This document shows positions 31,332 to 41,297 of a DNA stretch of 64,000 nt, piece by piece. Under the pieces are notes generated by a model. The model did no database searches. It was given only the letters and a program-made list of their open reading frames with translations, and was not told the origin of the DNA. Origin of the DNA: Verrucomicrobiia bacterium (lineage in GTDB: Bacteria; Acidobacteriota; Terriglobia; Bryobacterales; Bryobacteraceae); assembly GCA_035578025.1 (NCBI GenBank), contig DATJYJ010000026.1, positions 6,983 to 70,982 on the forward strand. Reading direction: 5' to 3'. Position 1 is the stretch's first letter. Every line of letters begins with the position of its first letter. Position numbers and translations under genes: made by a program.

Positions 31332-34088
31332 ATGCAACGTCCGCTCTGTATTGCCGCCGCCGCCGTTTCGATCGCAGCATTTTCTACGGGGCAGCCTCGA
31401 ACGGCGCCGGGGCAGAGTAGCGGTCATGTCGCGCTCGGCCTGGCCTTGCGCAGGCTGACCGTTTCCGGAACATTCATGCAGGCGCCCGCGCACCCCGACG
31501 ACGAAAACAACGCCCTGCTTGCCTACTTCGGATACGGCATGGGGCTGCGATCGGTGGACGTGCAGAACAACCGCGGCGATGGCGGGCAGAACGAGATCGG
31601 TCCTGAGCTGTTCGGCGATATGGCCGTACTGCGCACCTCGGAACTGCTTTCGGCGCACCGCATCGACGGCGCGGAACAGTATTTCACGCGCGCTATCGAT
31701 TACGGTTACTCGTTCGATCCGCAGGAAGTGATCGCCAAGTGGGGGCGCAAGGAGATCGTCGGCGATTACGTGCGGCTCATCCGCACGCTGCGGCCGGACG
31801 TGATCGTGACCATGAACATTCAGGGGCGCGGAGGAGACCGGGCCCACGAAGCCACTACAGTGCTGGTGCGCGAAGGGTTTCAGGCCGCAGGCGATCCCTC
31901 GATGTACCCGGAACAGATCCGCGAGGGGCTGCGTCCGTGGCAGCCGAAGAAGCTCTATTTCAGCGCGGGCTTCGGCGGACCGGGCGGTAGGGGCGGGCGC
32001 GGCGGCGAGGCCCCCCAGGCTACTCCGGCTCCACAGCCGGCAACGCCCCCGGTGCGGCTGACCCCGGTGGATACCGCGGCGTACGATCCGCTGCTGGGTA
32101 GCACCTATGCCGAAATCGGATCGGAAGCGCGCAGCAATCATAAGTGCCAGGGCATGGGCGGGCTGCCGCCGGTGCCGGGACTCGGGGGCGGCCGTGGCGG
32201 GCGCGGCGGCCCGGGCGGATATCAGCTCATGGAGAGCGGCATTTCCGGGCAGGTGGGGAAGGCCGAATCCGGATTGTTCGACGGCATCGACACCAGTTTG
32301 GGCGCAGTGGCGCAGTATGCGGGGAGCCACCCGCCGGAAGCCCTGTTGCGAGGGCTGACAGGAATCATGGCGGAGGGCAGGCGGGCGCAGGCTGCTTTCG
32401 CGGAGGGCGACGATGCGGGCACCGCGGGTCCGGTGGAAGCCGGGCTCGCAGCCGTGCGGGCGCTGCGCGCGCAGTTGCCATCCCTCGGCCTCTCCGATTC
32501 CGCGCTGTACGAGATCGACTTCCGCCTCAAGCTCAAAGAACGGGACTATGAGAACGCCGTGCTGGCGGCGCACGGCTTGAATTTCGAGGCCCTGGCCGAC
32601 GATGGGCTGGTGATCGCGGGACAACCGGTCAAGCTCTCTCTGCTGGCCGTGAATCGCGGCCGAACCGATGTGGCGGTGACGGGCGTTACGGTAGCGGGCT
32701 TCGACGGACCCGGCGCGTGCAAGCCGGACGAGATGAAGAAGAACGGCACTTTCGCGTGTACGATCGATGCGCATGTGCCGAAGGACGCCAAGCTGACCAC
32801 GCCCTACTTCGATGACAACTATTGGAAGCATCCCGAGAACCAGGCCATCCAGATCTTCGACCCCGGCGTGCCGTTCGGAGTTCCCTTTGCGCCCAGCCCG
32901 TTTCAGGCGACGTTTCACGTGAGGGCCGGCAGCGTCGAGGTCGCTACTGAGCTGCCGGTTCAATTCCGCTACATGAAAGATGTGTTCTCCGGAGAGAAGC
33001 GGATGGAGTTGAACGTGGTGCCGGCGTTTTCGGTGCGCGTGACGCCGCCGCTGGTGGTGATACCCTCCGCCTCCCGGCTGACGGAGCGGGAGATTCACGT
33101 GACGGTCACCAACGGCGGCAAGGGCGCGGCCGAGGCCGCGGTCACGCTGGAACTGCCGGCAGGATGGAAGGCCACGCCCGCCAGCGTGCCGATCCGTTTC
33201 GCGCACGAGGACGAGTCCCTGTCGGCGCGTTTCGAGGTCGCCGCGCCCGCTCAGGCGAAAACCGGCGAATATACGCTGCGTGCGATGGTGACGTCAACCG
33301 ACAGGACGGGTGAGAAGTTCGACAGCGGATACCAGGAGATCGAATACCCGCACGTGCAGCGCCGCCAGGTGATCAAGCCGGCGGAGACGACGGTGAAGGT
33401 GGTGGACGTGAAGATCACGTCCAACATCAACGTCGGCTACATCGCCGGAGTGGGCGACCAGGTGCCGGAGGCCATCGAGCAGTTGGGCGCCAGGCTCAGT
33501 TTCATCGGTCCCGAGGAGATGGCGTGGGGCGATCTTTCGAAGCACGACGTGATCGTCACCGGCGTGCGCGCGTATGAGCGTCGCGCCGATTTGCGCGCCT
33601 ACAACCGCCGCCTGCTGGACTACGTGGAACGCGGCGGCACGGTCATCGTGCAGTACAACAAGATGGAATTCAACCAGGCCGAATACGGACCGTTCCCGGC
33701 CAAGGTCAGCGGCAACCGGGTAAGTGACGAGATGGTGCCGGTGAAAGTGTTGGTTCCCACCCACCCGGTGTTTACCTTCCCGAACAAGATCGGTCCCAAG
33801 ACCTGGGAGGGATGGGTGCAGGAGCGAGGCCTGTACTTCCTGGGTGAGAAGGACAAGAAGTACACGGACCTGGTTTCGATGGTGGACTCTTTCCGGGACA
33901 ATCCGGGAGAGAAACTGGGCTCGCTGGTGGAAGGCAGACTGGGTAAGGGGCGCTGGATTTACCTGGGGCTGGCCCTATGGCGGCAACTTCCCGCCGGCAC
34001 GGACGGAGCCTATCAATTGCTGGCCAACCTGATCAGCCTGCCGAAGGCTGCGGCGCCGGCGAAAAAGGGCATCGCGGCGATCCGCTGA
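31332..34088 (+). CDS. Large secreted PIG-L/LmbE-family deacetylase multidomain protein
   Basis: Signal peptide from the ATG at 31332. PIG-L motif MQAPAHPDDENNALLAYF. The C-terminal region DVIVTGVRAYE...GGTVIVQYN is glutamine-amidotransferase/ThuA-like. Confidence 0.8.
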   Translation: MQRPLCIAAAAVSIAAFSTGQPRTAPGQSSGHVALGLALRRLTVSGTFMQAPAHPDDENNALLAYFGYGMGLRSVDVQNNRGDGGQNEIGPELFGDMAVLRTSELLSAHRIDGAEQYFTRAIDYGYSFDPQEVIAKWGRKEIVGDYVRLIRTLRPDVIVTMNIQGRGGDRAHEATTVLVREGFQAAGDPSMYPEQIREGLRPWQPKKLYFSAGFGGPGGRGGRGGEAPQATPAPQPATPPVRLTPVDTAAYDPLLGSTYAEIGSEARSNHKCQGMGGLPPVPGLGGGRGGRGGPGGYQLMESGISGQVGKAESGLFDGIDTSLGAVAQYAGSHPPEALLRGLTGIMAEGRRAQAAFAEGDDAGTAGPVEAGLAAVRALRAQLPSLGLSDSALYEIDFRLKLKERDYENAVLAAHGLNFEALADDGLVIAGQPVKLSLLAVNRGRTDVAVTGVTVAGFDGPGACKPDEMKKNGTFACTIDAHVPKDAKLTTPYFDDNYWKHPENQAIQIFDPGVPFGVPFAPSPFQATFHVRAGSVEVATELPVQFRYMKDVFSGEKRMELNVVPAFSVRVTPPLVVIPSASRLTEREIHVTVTNGGKGAAEAAVTLELPAGWKATPASVPIRFAHEDESLSARFEVAAPAQAKTGEYTLRAMVTSTDRTGEKFDSGYQEIEYPHVQRRQVIKPAETTVKVVDVKITSNINVGYIAGVGDQVPEAIEQLGARLSFIGPEEMAWGDLSKHDVIVTGVRAYERRADLRAYNRRLLDYVERGGTVIVQYNKMEFNQAEYGPFPAKVSGNRVSDEMVPVKVLVPTHPVFTFPNKIGPKTWEGWVQERGLYFLGEKDKKYTDLVSMVDSFRDNPGEKLGSLVEGRLGKGRWIYLGLALWRQLPAGTDGAYQLLANLISLPKAAAPAKKGIAAIR

Positions 34089-34112
34089 AAAGTCCCGTAC
34101 CAAACCGAAGCA

Positions 34113-34132
34113 ATCGTTCTAGCCCGAACGAT
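34113..34132 (+). terminator. Weak hairpin after the PIG-L gene
   Basis: ATCGTTC-N6-GAACGAT, 25 nt after the stop, followed only by cggaTTTggg. Confidence 0.25.
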
Positions 34133-34188
34133 CGGATTTGGGACCACCAGATCTTGTTCCCGAGATTGCGCGTGGGGAGAATCAGGCT

Positions 34189-34545
34189 ATGACCATCACC
34201 TGGCCTGACGGCACACGTGCACGCGCGGTATTGTTGTCGCGCACCGACTACCTTCTGCGAGTGGCGGTCGAGGGCGAGGATGATGCCAGGGTATTCTGCC
34301 GCGCGAACGACAGATGGGTTTCGGAAAGCGGTGAGCGGGTGGACATCGAATTCGACTGGCAACGCCGGACGCCGGCGAATGTTCCTCCACTGCGCGATTG
34401 CATCTGCCCGCAGGAAGTTGCGAACCGGCTGATCGACTCGTTCCTCCACCCCGAGCGCGGCGCTACCAAGGAGGAAGCGTTGCACGTAATCTCCGGAACC
34501 GGACTGCGGATCGCGGTGCGGCGGGGCGAACTGATCCCTGAGTAA
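34189..34545 (+). CDS. Hypothetical protein (118 aa)
   Basis: ATG at 34189 with GGGGAGA upstream. The codon pattern is GC3-rich. No family was recognised. Confidence 0.5.
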   Translation: MTITWPDGTRARAVLLSRTDYLLRVAVEGEDDARVFCRANDRWVSESGERVDIEFDWQRRTPANVPPLRDCICPQEVANRLIDSFLHPERGATKEEALHVISGTGLRIAVRRGELIPE

Positions 34546-34551
34546 GCGGGA

Positions 34552-35922
34552 TCAGACGAATTTCCAGCCTTTGCGGAACCTGGGCGTCAAGAGATGGTTA
34601 GCTTCGTTATTGTTCGTGAAGCGCATCTTCTCGGCGTCCCAGAGGAGTTTGCCTTCCACCCGCATTGCGATCACGCCCAGCAACATCCACTGGACGAACG
34701 GCCCGGAGACGCTGAAATTGGAGCAGGCCGGCTCGCCACCCTTGGCGGCGCGTATCCAATCGCGGTAGTGCGCCTTCACCCAGTCGTCTTCAGGCCCGGG
34801 ACAGCGCGGCAGCACCTGCGGGGGCTTCTTGTAGTCCTTCATCAGGGCGGCCGGGACTAGGCGGGTGTGCTCGCCGTAGCAGCCCGTGGTGACCATGCCC
34901 TTGTCGCCGATGAAGAGGCTGCCGTTGATGTCCTTGTCGCCCAGCAACTCGCCTTCGGGGACGCCGTCGAACTTGGGCTGCGCGGTCAGGCGGTCGTGCC
35001 AGAACAGCTTCAGCGGGGGCATGTTTCCGCGCGCGGGAAAATCGAAACGGATGGCGGTGCGGTAAGGGAACGTGTACTTGGATTTGCCTTCGAGCTGGAT
35101 GCACTCGACGGATGTGGGCGCGGAGAGCCGCATGGCCATGTTGGGCGTGCCGAGGATGTGGCAGGCCATATCGCCAATGGCGCCGCAGCCGAAATCGGGG
35201 AAGGCGCGCCAGTTGTGCGGCACGTAGGCTTTGCTGTAGGGCCGGGGTTCGGCGTCGCCCAGCCAGGCCTCCCAGTCGAGGGTCGCGGGCACGGCGCCTT
35301 CGGTGGGTACGACGTCCGGGCCTTGCGGCCAATACGGGTCGGGGCGGTTGGTCCAGGCGTGGACCTCGGCCACGTTGCCGATGTCCCCGTTCCAGATGAT
35401 CTCGCAGCACTCACGCGCGCCCACTTGGGAATAGCCCTGGTTCCCCATCTGCGTGGCGACGCCGTATTTCGCGGCGGCGAGGGTCAACTGCTGCGCCTCC
35501 CACACGGTCCGCGTCATAGGCTTCTGGCAGTAGACGTGTTTGCCGCGCTCCATGGCCCACATGGCGACGGTGGCGTGCATGTGGTCGGGGCAGGAGACCA
35601 GAACGGCATCGAAGTTCCTGCCCTCCTTATCGAAGAGGCGGCGAAAATCCTTGTACTTCGGCACCTTGGGATAAGCGCTGAAGGTCTTGGCGGCGCGCAG
35701 ATCGTCGGGGTCCGCCATGGCGACGATGTTCTCGCCGCTGCATCCGGCAATGTCGCTGACGCCCTTGCCGCCGGCGCCGACCGCCGCGATGTTCAGTTTT
35801 TCATTGGGGGATTTGTAGCCGAGATGCTTCAGCGACCCCGCGCTGGCGAACCCGGCCGTGGGGACCGCGCCCGCCAGCAGGGAGCCGAAAAAGAAATGAC
35901 GTCTGGAAACGCGCTGGGCCAT
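34552..35922 (-). CDS. TAT-exported Gfo/Idh/MocA-family oxidoreductase
   Basis: Twin-arginine signal SRRHFFFGSLLAGA. Rossmann motif LNIAAVGAGGKGVSDI. Confidence 0.9.
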   Translation of the reverse strand: MAQRVSRRHFFFGSLLAGAVPTAGFASAGSLKHLGYKSPNEKLNIAAVGAGGKGVSDIAGCSGENIVAMADPDDLRAAKTFSAYPKVPKYKDFRRLFDKEGRNFDAVLVSCPDHMHATVAMWAMERGKHVYCQKPMTRTVWEAQQLTLAAAKYGVATQMGNQGYSQVGARECCEIIWNGDIGNVAEVHAWTNRPDPYWPQGPDVVPTEGAVPATLDWEAWLGDAEPRPYSKAYVPHNWRAFPDFGCGAIGDMACHILGTPNMAMRLSAPTSVECIQLEGKSKYTFPYRTAIRFDFPARGNMPPLKLFWHDRLTAQPKFDGVPEGELLGDKDINGSLFIGDKGMVTTGCYGEHTRLVPAALMKDYKKPPQVLPRCPGPEDDWVKAHYRDWIRAAKGGEPACSNFSVSGPFVQWMLLGVIAMRVEGKLLWDAEKMRFTNNNEANHLLTPRFRKGWKFV

Positions 35923-36007
35923 ATCTGAGACTCCGGTTCATGGTAACGCAAATAGCGGGAAAGATATTCGGATAAACTGGTATTTAATCATCTGAGGCGA
36001 AGATCGA

Positions 36008-37549
36008 ATGACCAGCGACAAGACTGCCGAACTGGGGCGCGAACGGGAGCGGCTGCAACTCGGCGGCGGGCCGGAACGCGTCGCCAATCAACACAAGAAC
36101 GGGAAACTGACCGCGCGGGAGCGCGTGACCCTCCTGCTGGACCGGGACTCCTTCCAGGAGGCGGGCCTGTTCGCCATGCACACGGGGAAGTTCTTCGGCA
36201 TGGGCGGGAAGGAACTGCCCGCCGACGGCGTGGTCACAGGGCGCGGGCGGATCTGGGGCAGGCCTGTCCACCTGGCGAGCCAGGATTTCACGGTAGCCGG
36301 CGGGTCGGCGGGAGAGGTGCACGCCAACAAGATCGCCGATACGATGAAGGCCGCGATGAAGACCGGCACGCCGTTCATCTTCATCAACGATTCGGGCGGC
36401 GCGCGCGTGCAGGAAGGCGTGGCGAGCCTGGCCGGCTATGCGCGCATTTTCCACCAGAACGTGATGCTTTCAGGGCTGGTGCCGCAGATCTCGCTGATTT
36501 GCGGCCCCTGCGCGGGAGGCGCGGCCTACAGCCCGGCGCTCACCGATTTCATCATCCAGACCCGCGATGGGCTGATCTTCATCACCGGACCCACGGTGAT
36601 CAAGCAGGTGACCGGAGAGATCGTGACCGCGCAGGAACTGGGTGGCGTGCGCGCGCAGATGAACAAATCCGGCGTGGTGCACTTCGTGGCCGAAAACGAC
36701 GTGGAGGCGGCCGAGATCTGCAAACGGCTGCTCTCGTTTCTGCCGTCCAACAACCAGGAGGATCCGCCGCGTGGGGAACCGGACGAAAGCCGCATGTACG
36801 AACCACGCCTCAACGACGTGGTTCCAGCGGAGGCCAAGACCGGCTACGACGTGCGGGACGTGATTTCGCTGGTTGTGGACCGCCACGATTTCCTGGAGGT
36901 ACACGCGGAATTCGCGCGCAACCTGGTGGTGGGGTTCGGACGGATTCGCGGGGCCACCGTTGGGATTGTGGCCAACCAGCCGATGGTGCTCGCGGGCGCG
37001 CTGGACATCAATGCCTCCGACAAGGGCGCCGGGTTTGTGCGCTTCTGCAACGCGTTCAATATTCCGCTGCTGACGTTCGTCGACATTCCGGGATTTCTGC
37101 CGGGGGTGGAGCAGGAATACGGCGGGATCATCCGGCATGGGGCGAAACTGCTGTTCGCGTACTCCGCCGCGATCGTGCCCAAAATCACCGTGATCCTACG
37201 CAAGGCATACGGCGGGGGCTACATCGCGATGTGCGCCAAAGACCTGGGGGCGGACTGCACGCTGGCGTGGCCGTCGGCGGAGATCGCCGTGATGGGGGCG
37301 GAAGCGGCGGTGGAGATTGTCTTTCAGAAGGAGCTGGCCAAGGTGGAGGATGCCGACGCGAAGCGGCAGGAATTGATCCGCGAATACCGCGAAACGTTTT
37401 ACACGCCGTATATCGCCGCCGGGCACCGCCTGGTAGACGACATTATCGAGCCGGCGCGGACGCGCGGCTACGTGGCCGAGGCGCTGGAGACGCTCTCCAG
37501 CAAGCGGGAATGGCGTCCGCAGAAAAAGCACGGGTTGATTCCGTTATGA
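36008..37549 (+). CDS. Acyl-CoA carboxylase carboxyltransferase subunit (propionyl-CoA carboxylase beta / methylmalonyl-CoA decarboxylase alpha type)
   Basis: 513 aa. HKNGKLTARERVTLLLD, FINDSGGARVQEG and PKITVILRKAYGGGYIAM are hallmark carboxyltransferase motifs. Confidence 0.95.
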   Translation: MTSDKTAELGRERERLQLGGGPERVANQHKNGKLTARERVTLLLDRDSFQEAGLFAMHTGKFFGMGGKELPADGVVTGRGRIWGRPVHLASQDFTVAGGSAGEVHANKIADTMKAAMKTGTPFIFINDSGGARVQEGVASLAGYARIFHQNVMLSGLVPQISLICGPCAGGAAYSPALTDFIIQTRDGLIFITGPTVIKQVTGEIVTAQELGGVRAQMNKSGVVHFVAENDVEAAEICKRLLSFLPSNNQEDPPRGEPDESRMYEPRLNDVVPAEAKTGYDVRDVISLVVDRHDFLEVHAEFARNLVVGFGRIRGATVGIVANQPMVLAGALDINASDKGAGFVRFCNAFNIPLLTFVDIPGFLPGVEQEYGGIIRHGAKLLFAYSAAIVPKITVILRKAYGGGYIAMCAKDLGADCTLAWPSAEIAVMGAEAAVEIVFQKELAKVEDADAKRQELIREYRETFYTPYIAAGHRLVDDIIEPARTRGYVAEALETLSSKREWRPQKKHGLIPL

Positions 37550-37761
37550 GGAGCGGCAAGGGCATCCCGGCGGTTCACAAGGCGATCGCGGCGGCAGCCG
37601 TGAAGGCTGTCTTAGGGGAGAAGGCGGTGATCCGCGCGATGGTGGAGATACCCGCGGGGACGCCGTTCCGGAAGCGCGCCGGCGCGCTCCACGCAGGCGT
37701 CCGGACATTCTGGAGCCGCTGGACGGGCCGGCATTCCAACGGGAAGGCCGGCAATCGATGA
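37546..37761 (+). CDS. Small translationally coupled ORF (71 aa), unknown
   Basis: ATGA overlaps at both ends (with the carboxyltransferase stop and the biotin-carrier start). GC3-rich. No family was recognised. Confidence 0.45.
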   Translation: MRSGKGIPAVHKAIAAAAVKAVLGEKAVIRAMVEIPAGTPFRKRAGALHAGVRTFWSRWTGRHSNGKAGNR

Positions 37762-38123
37762 AACTCAGGATTGAAATCGAAAAGAAGAGCTACGAAGTGA
37801 CCGTCGAGTTCGTGGACGACGATCACAGCTTCGCTCACGATGTGAGGCCAGGCGAAGTCGCCATCCCCGAGAACGTGACACGGCCCCGGCCGCACCTGAA
37901 ACTGTTGGAGGACACCTTCTGCCGTTCGCCGATCGCCGGACGGGTGGTGGCGGTGCTAGCGGTGCCGGGTCAGGCACTCCGGAAAAACGAGCCCGTGCTG
38001 GTGATCGAGGCCATGAAGATGGAAATCCAGATCGGCCCCGTGGTGGATGGAGTGCTGAAAACGATCCGGGTGGCGCCCGGCGAGGCGGTGAGCACGGGGC
38101 AACTGCTGTTCGAACTGGCGTGA
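37758..38123 (+). CDS. Biotin carboxyl carrier (biotin/lipoyl attachment domain) protein
   Basis: EAMKME biotinylation motif within ...PVLVIEAMKMEIQIGP... . Confidence 0.9.
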   Translation: MKLRIEIEKKSYEVTVEFVDDDHSFAHDVRPGEVAIPENVTRPRPHLKLLEDTFCRSPIAGRVVAVLAVPGQALRKNEPVLVIEAMKMEIQIGPVVDGVLKTIRVAPGEAVSTGQLLFELA

Positions 38124-38145
38124 ACGGCCGGGGTAATCTTGAGTC

Positions 38146-39348
38146 ATGCAGTTGCCATCCACACGCCGCACGTTTCTGAAGGGAGCCGCGATGCTCGCCG
38201 GAGTTTCGAGGCTGGCGGCGCAGCGGGCGCCGTTGCTGTACATCGCGACCTACAGCTCGCCGCAAGGTCCGGAAGGCAGCAGGGGGAACGGCACGGGCAT
38301 TTGCCTTTTCGAAATGAATCCCGAGAGCGGCCGGCTCTCTTCCCGCGAAGTATTTCAGAACCCCGACAACCCTTCCTGGCTGGCGCTCGACCCCGCGCGC
38401 ACCCATCTCTATTCGGCGAACGAGACGGCAACCTACAAGGGTGCCAGTTCGGGTTCGGCGAGCGCCTACCGCATCGAGCGCTCCACGGGGCGGCTGACGC
38501 TGTTGAACACGGAGAGTTCCGGCGGAGCCGGTCCGTGTTACCTGAGCATTCACCCGTCGGGCAAGTATGCCTTCACGGCGAACTACGCCGGCGGCACCGT
38601 GGCGGTGCTTCCCATCCTGGCCAACGGGGAGCTGGGCGCTCCCACGGATGTGAAGACCGACAGCGGCACGGCCGGGCCGGTTCACGCGGCCAGCGCGCCG
38701 CCCGGGAGTTTCGCGATCAGCGGCCACGAGCGGCCGCACGCCCACATGATCCAGGCCGACCCGTCCGGGCGCTTCGTGCTGTCGACGGACCTGGGGCTCG
38801 ACCAGATCCTGATCTGGGAATTCGACAGCGAGCACGGCGTGCTGCGGCCGAACCAGACTCCAGCGGTGAAGCTGCCTTCCGGCGATGGACCGCGCCATTT
38901 CACGTTCCACCCGAACGGCCGCTGGCTCTACTGCCTGCAAGAAGAGGCTTCGACGATCGCAGTGTTCGATTACGACGGCCGGACGGGCACGCTGACGGCG
39001 AAACAGAAGCTCTCGACGCTGCCGAAAGAGTTTGCCGGAACCAACTTCACCTCCGAGATCGCCATCTCGCCGGACGCCCGCTTTGTGTACGCCGCGAATC
39101 GCCTGCACGACAGCATCGCGTGGTTCTCCGTGGCGCCGGCTGGGACCTTGACGCTGGCCGGCGAGGAGTGGACGCGCGGGGACTACCCGCGCAGCTTTAC
39201 GATCGACCCCAGCGGCCGCTACTTGTATTCCTGCAACCAGCGGGGCGACGCCGTCGTGTGTTTCCGGGTGAACCGGCAGACCGGCGCGCTGACGTTCACG
39301 GGCGAATACACGGCGGTGGGCACACCGGCCCAGGTTTTGTTTCTGTAG
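38146..39348 (+). CDS. TAT-exported lactonase, 7-bladed beta-propeller (6-phosphogluconolactonase-like)
   Basis: TAT signal TRRTFLKGAAMLAG. Repeated ...HPSGKYAFTANY..., ...DPSGRFVLSTDLG... and ...SPDARFVYAANR... blades typical of PF10282. Confidence 0.85.
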   Translation: MQLPSTRRTFLKGAAMLAGVSRLAAQRAPLLYIATYSSPQGPEGSRGNGTGICLFEMNPESGRLSSREVFQNPDNPSWLALDPARTHLYSANETATYKGASSGSASAYRIERSTGRLTLLNTESSGGAGPCYLSIHPSGKYAFTANYAGGTVAVLPILANGELGAPTDVKTDSGTAGPVHAASAPPGSFAISGHERPHAHMIQADPSGRFVLSTDLGLDQILIWEFDSEHGVLRPNQTPAVKLPSGDGPRHFTFHPNGRWLYCLQEEASTIAVFDYDGRTGTLTAKQKLSTLPKEFAGTNFTSEIAISPDARFVYAANRLHDSIAWFSVAPAGTLTLAGEEWTRGDYPRSFTIDPSGRYLYSCNQRGDAVVCFRVNRQTGALTFTGEYTAVGTPAQVLFL

Positions 39349-39378
39349 CCATCTGTTACACTGCTGGTCGGTAGGGCC

Positions 39379-40647
39379 GTGACCAGCAAGCAGCGCGTCA
39401 TGGCGGCCGTCAACCGCCGCGAGCCGGACCGTGTGCCGATCGATTTCGGAAGCACCTCGGTCACCGGCATCCACGCCAGTTGCGTTGCCGCGCTGCGCGA
39501 CCGGTTCGGCCTGGAGCGCCGGCCCGTCAAGGTGCACGAGCCGGGCCAGATGCTCGGCCTGATCGAGGAAGACCTCAAGCAGGCGATGGGGCTCGACGTG
39601 ACTGGCGTGTTCCGCCGCAACACCAAGTTTGGGTTTCCGGTGGGCGGCTGGAAACCGTGGCGTACCCACCAGGGTCTTGAGGTCCTGGTGCCGGGAGGGT
39701 TCAATACCACCACCGAACCCAACGGCGACACGCTGATCTATCCGGAAGGCGATCTGTCGGCGCCGGCCAGCGGGCGCATGCCGGCCAGCGGCTACTTCTT
39801 CGACGCCATCATCCGGCAGGGGCCGATCGACGAAGAGAAGCTGAATCCGGAGGACAACGTGGAAGAGTTCCAGCCGATTTCCGAAGACGAGATCGCCTGG
39901 TTGAAGACCGCCGCTGAGCAGGCTGCCTCCAGCGGACGCGCGGTGACCGCATCTTTCGGGGGAACTTCTTTCGGAGACATCGCGCTCGTGCCCGCGACGT
40001 TCCTGAAGCATCCCAAGGGCATCCGCGACATCACCGAGTGGTACATGTCTACCAGCAGCCGCCGCGAGTATATCCACACCGTCTTCTCGCGCCAGTGCGA
40101 GGTCGCGCTGGCGAACCTCGCCCGCATCCACGATGCCATGGGACACCTGGTGGACATCGTATACATTTGCGGCACGGACTTCGGCACCCAGACCGGCACC
40201 TTTTGTTCCGTCGCGACGTTCCGCGATCTCTGGTTCCCGTACTATCGGCGGGTCAACGACTGGATTCACGCGCACACCTCCTGGAAGACGTTCAAGCACT
40301 CGTGCGGCTCGGTGGACCGGTTCGTCCCGAGTTTCATCGAAGCGGGGTTCGACATTCTCAATCCGGTGCAGTGTTCCGCGGCCAATATGGATGCCGAACG
40401 CCTGAAGGCCGCCTACGGGGAACAGATTACGTTCTGGGGCGGCGGCGTGGATACCCAGAAAGTGCTTCCGTTCGGCACGCCCGCCGAGGTGCGCAAGCAG
40501 GTGATCGACCGCTGCCGCACATTTTCTCGAGGCGGAGGGTACGTGTTCAACACCATTCACAACGTGCAGGCCGAGACGCCGACGGAAAACATCGTCGCTA
40601 TGATCGAGGCGGTGTGGGAGTTCAATGGAGTGACAGCGCATGTGTGA
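39379..40647 (+). CDS. Uroporphyrinogen-decarboxylase-family (URO-D/MtaA-like) protein, putative corrinoid methyltransferase
   Basis: GTG start. The N-terminus KQRVMAAVNRREPDRVPIDFG and the C-terminus ...GGGYVFNTIHNVQAETP are typical of URO-D-like methyltransferases. It overlaps the next gene by 8 nt. Confidence 0.75.
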   Translation: MTSKQRVMAAVNRREPDRVPIDFGSTSVTGIHASCVAALRDRFGLERRPVKVHEPGQMLGLIEEDLKQAMGLDVTGVFRRNTKFGFPVGGWKPWRTHQGLEVLVPGGFNTTTEPNGDTLIYPEGDLSAPASGRMPASGYFFDAIIRQGPIDEEKLNPEDNVEEFQPISEDEIAWLKTAAEQAASSGRAVTASFGGTSFGDIALVPATFLKHPKGIRDITEWYMSTSSRREYIHTVFSRQCEVALANLARIHDAMGHLVDIVYICGTDFGTQTGTFCSVATFRDLWFPYYRRVNDWIHAHTSWKTFKHSCGSVDRFVPSFIEAGFDILNPVQCSAANMDAERLKAAYGEQITFWGGGVDTQKVLPFGTPAEVRKQVIDRCRTFSRGGGYVFNTIHNVQAETPTENIVAMIEAVWEFNGVTAHV

Positions 40648-41278
40648 TCCAACCCGGCTTCACGACGCCATTCTCAGCGGCGACCACAAGACGGCCATCG
40701 CGGTGACGAAGGAAGCCATCGCGGCCCAAATCGACGCGATGGAGCTGGTGAGCCGATACATGGTGCCGGCGATGGACGAAGTAGGGCGGCGCTTCGAGTG
40801 CGAGGAATTCTTCGTGCCCGAACTGCTGCTTTCCGCGCGCGCCATGAAGGGCGCGCTTGAGCTGCTGCGCCCGCTGCTGGCAGCGGCAGGAGCCGCTTCC
40901 GCCGGCCGGGTGGTGATCGGCACGGTAAAGGGCGATCTTCACGATATCGGAAAGAACATCGTGGGCGCGATGCTCGAAGGCGGCGGGTTCGAGGTGATCG
41001 ACCTGGGAGCGGACGTCCCGCCGGAGGCGTTCGTCGACGCGGTCAGGCAGCATCGTCCGCAGCTCGTGTGCCTGTCGGCGCTGCTTACGGTGACCATGCC
41101 GGCGATGAAGGAGACCATCGAAGCGCTCGATCGCGCGGGTGTGCGGCAGTCGGTCAAGGTGCTGGTGGGCGGCGCACCGGTAAGCGCCGAGTTCGCGCGG
41201 AAGATCGGGGCGGACGGCAGCGGCGAGAACGCCGCCGTGGCGGTGGCGCTGGCGCGCCGGGTTCTGCAGCCGGCCTGA
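40640..41278 (+). CDS. Cobalamin-binding corrinoid protein (MtaC/MtbC-like)
   Basis: B12-binding DxHxxG signature in GTVKGDLHDIGKNIV, followed by LSALLT and GGAPVS. An N-terminal helical cap domain is present. Confidence 0.9.
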   Translation: MCDPTRLHDAILSGDHKTAIAVTKEAIAAQIDAMELVSRYMVPAMDEVGRRFECEEFFVPELLLSARAMKGALELLRPLLAAAGAASAGRVVIGTVKGDLHDIGKNIVGAMLEGGGFEVIDLGADVPPEAFVDAVRQHRPQLVCLSALLTVTMPAMKETIEALDRAGVRQSVKVLVGGAPVSAEFARKIGADGSGENAAVAVALARRVLQPA

Positions 41279-41297
41279 TGCGCGGAGGGGCGGCGCC

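Noticed and set aside
31185-33206. 673-aa minus-strand ORF opposite the PIG-L deacetylase
   Set aside because: It is antisense to a gene with the AHPDDE motif and a signal peptide. The sequence is low-complexity and Arg-rich.
35923-36007. Cobalamin riboswitch upstream of the operon containing the corrinoid genes (also checked 39349-39378 and 42033-42396)
   Set aside because: No B12-box-like GCCACTG core or the extended conserved helices were seen. The regions are too short or unrelated.
37765-40641. 958-aa minus-strand ORF, the longest in the track
   Set aside because: It runs antisense across three plus-strand genes that have clear family motifs (biotin carrier, lactonase, URO-D-like). The product is Arg/Gly/Pro/Ala-rich with no recognisable domain. 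It is a GC-composition artefact.
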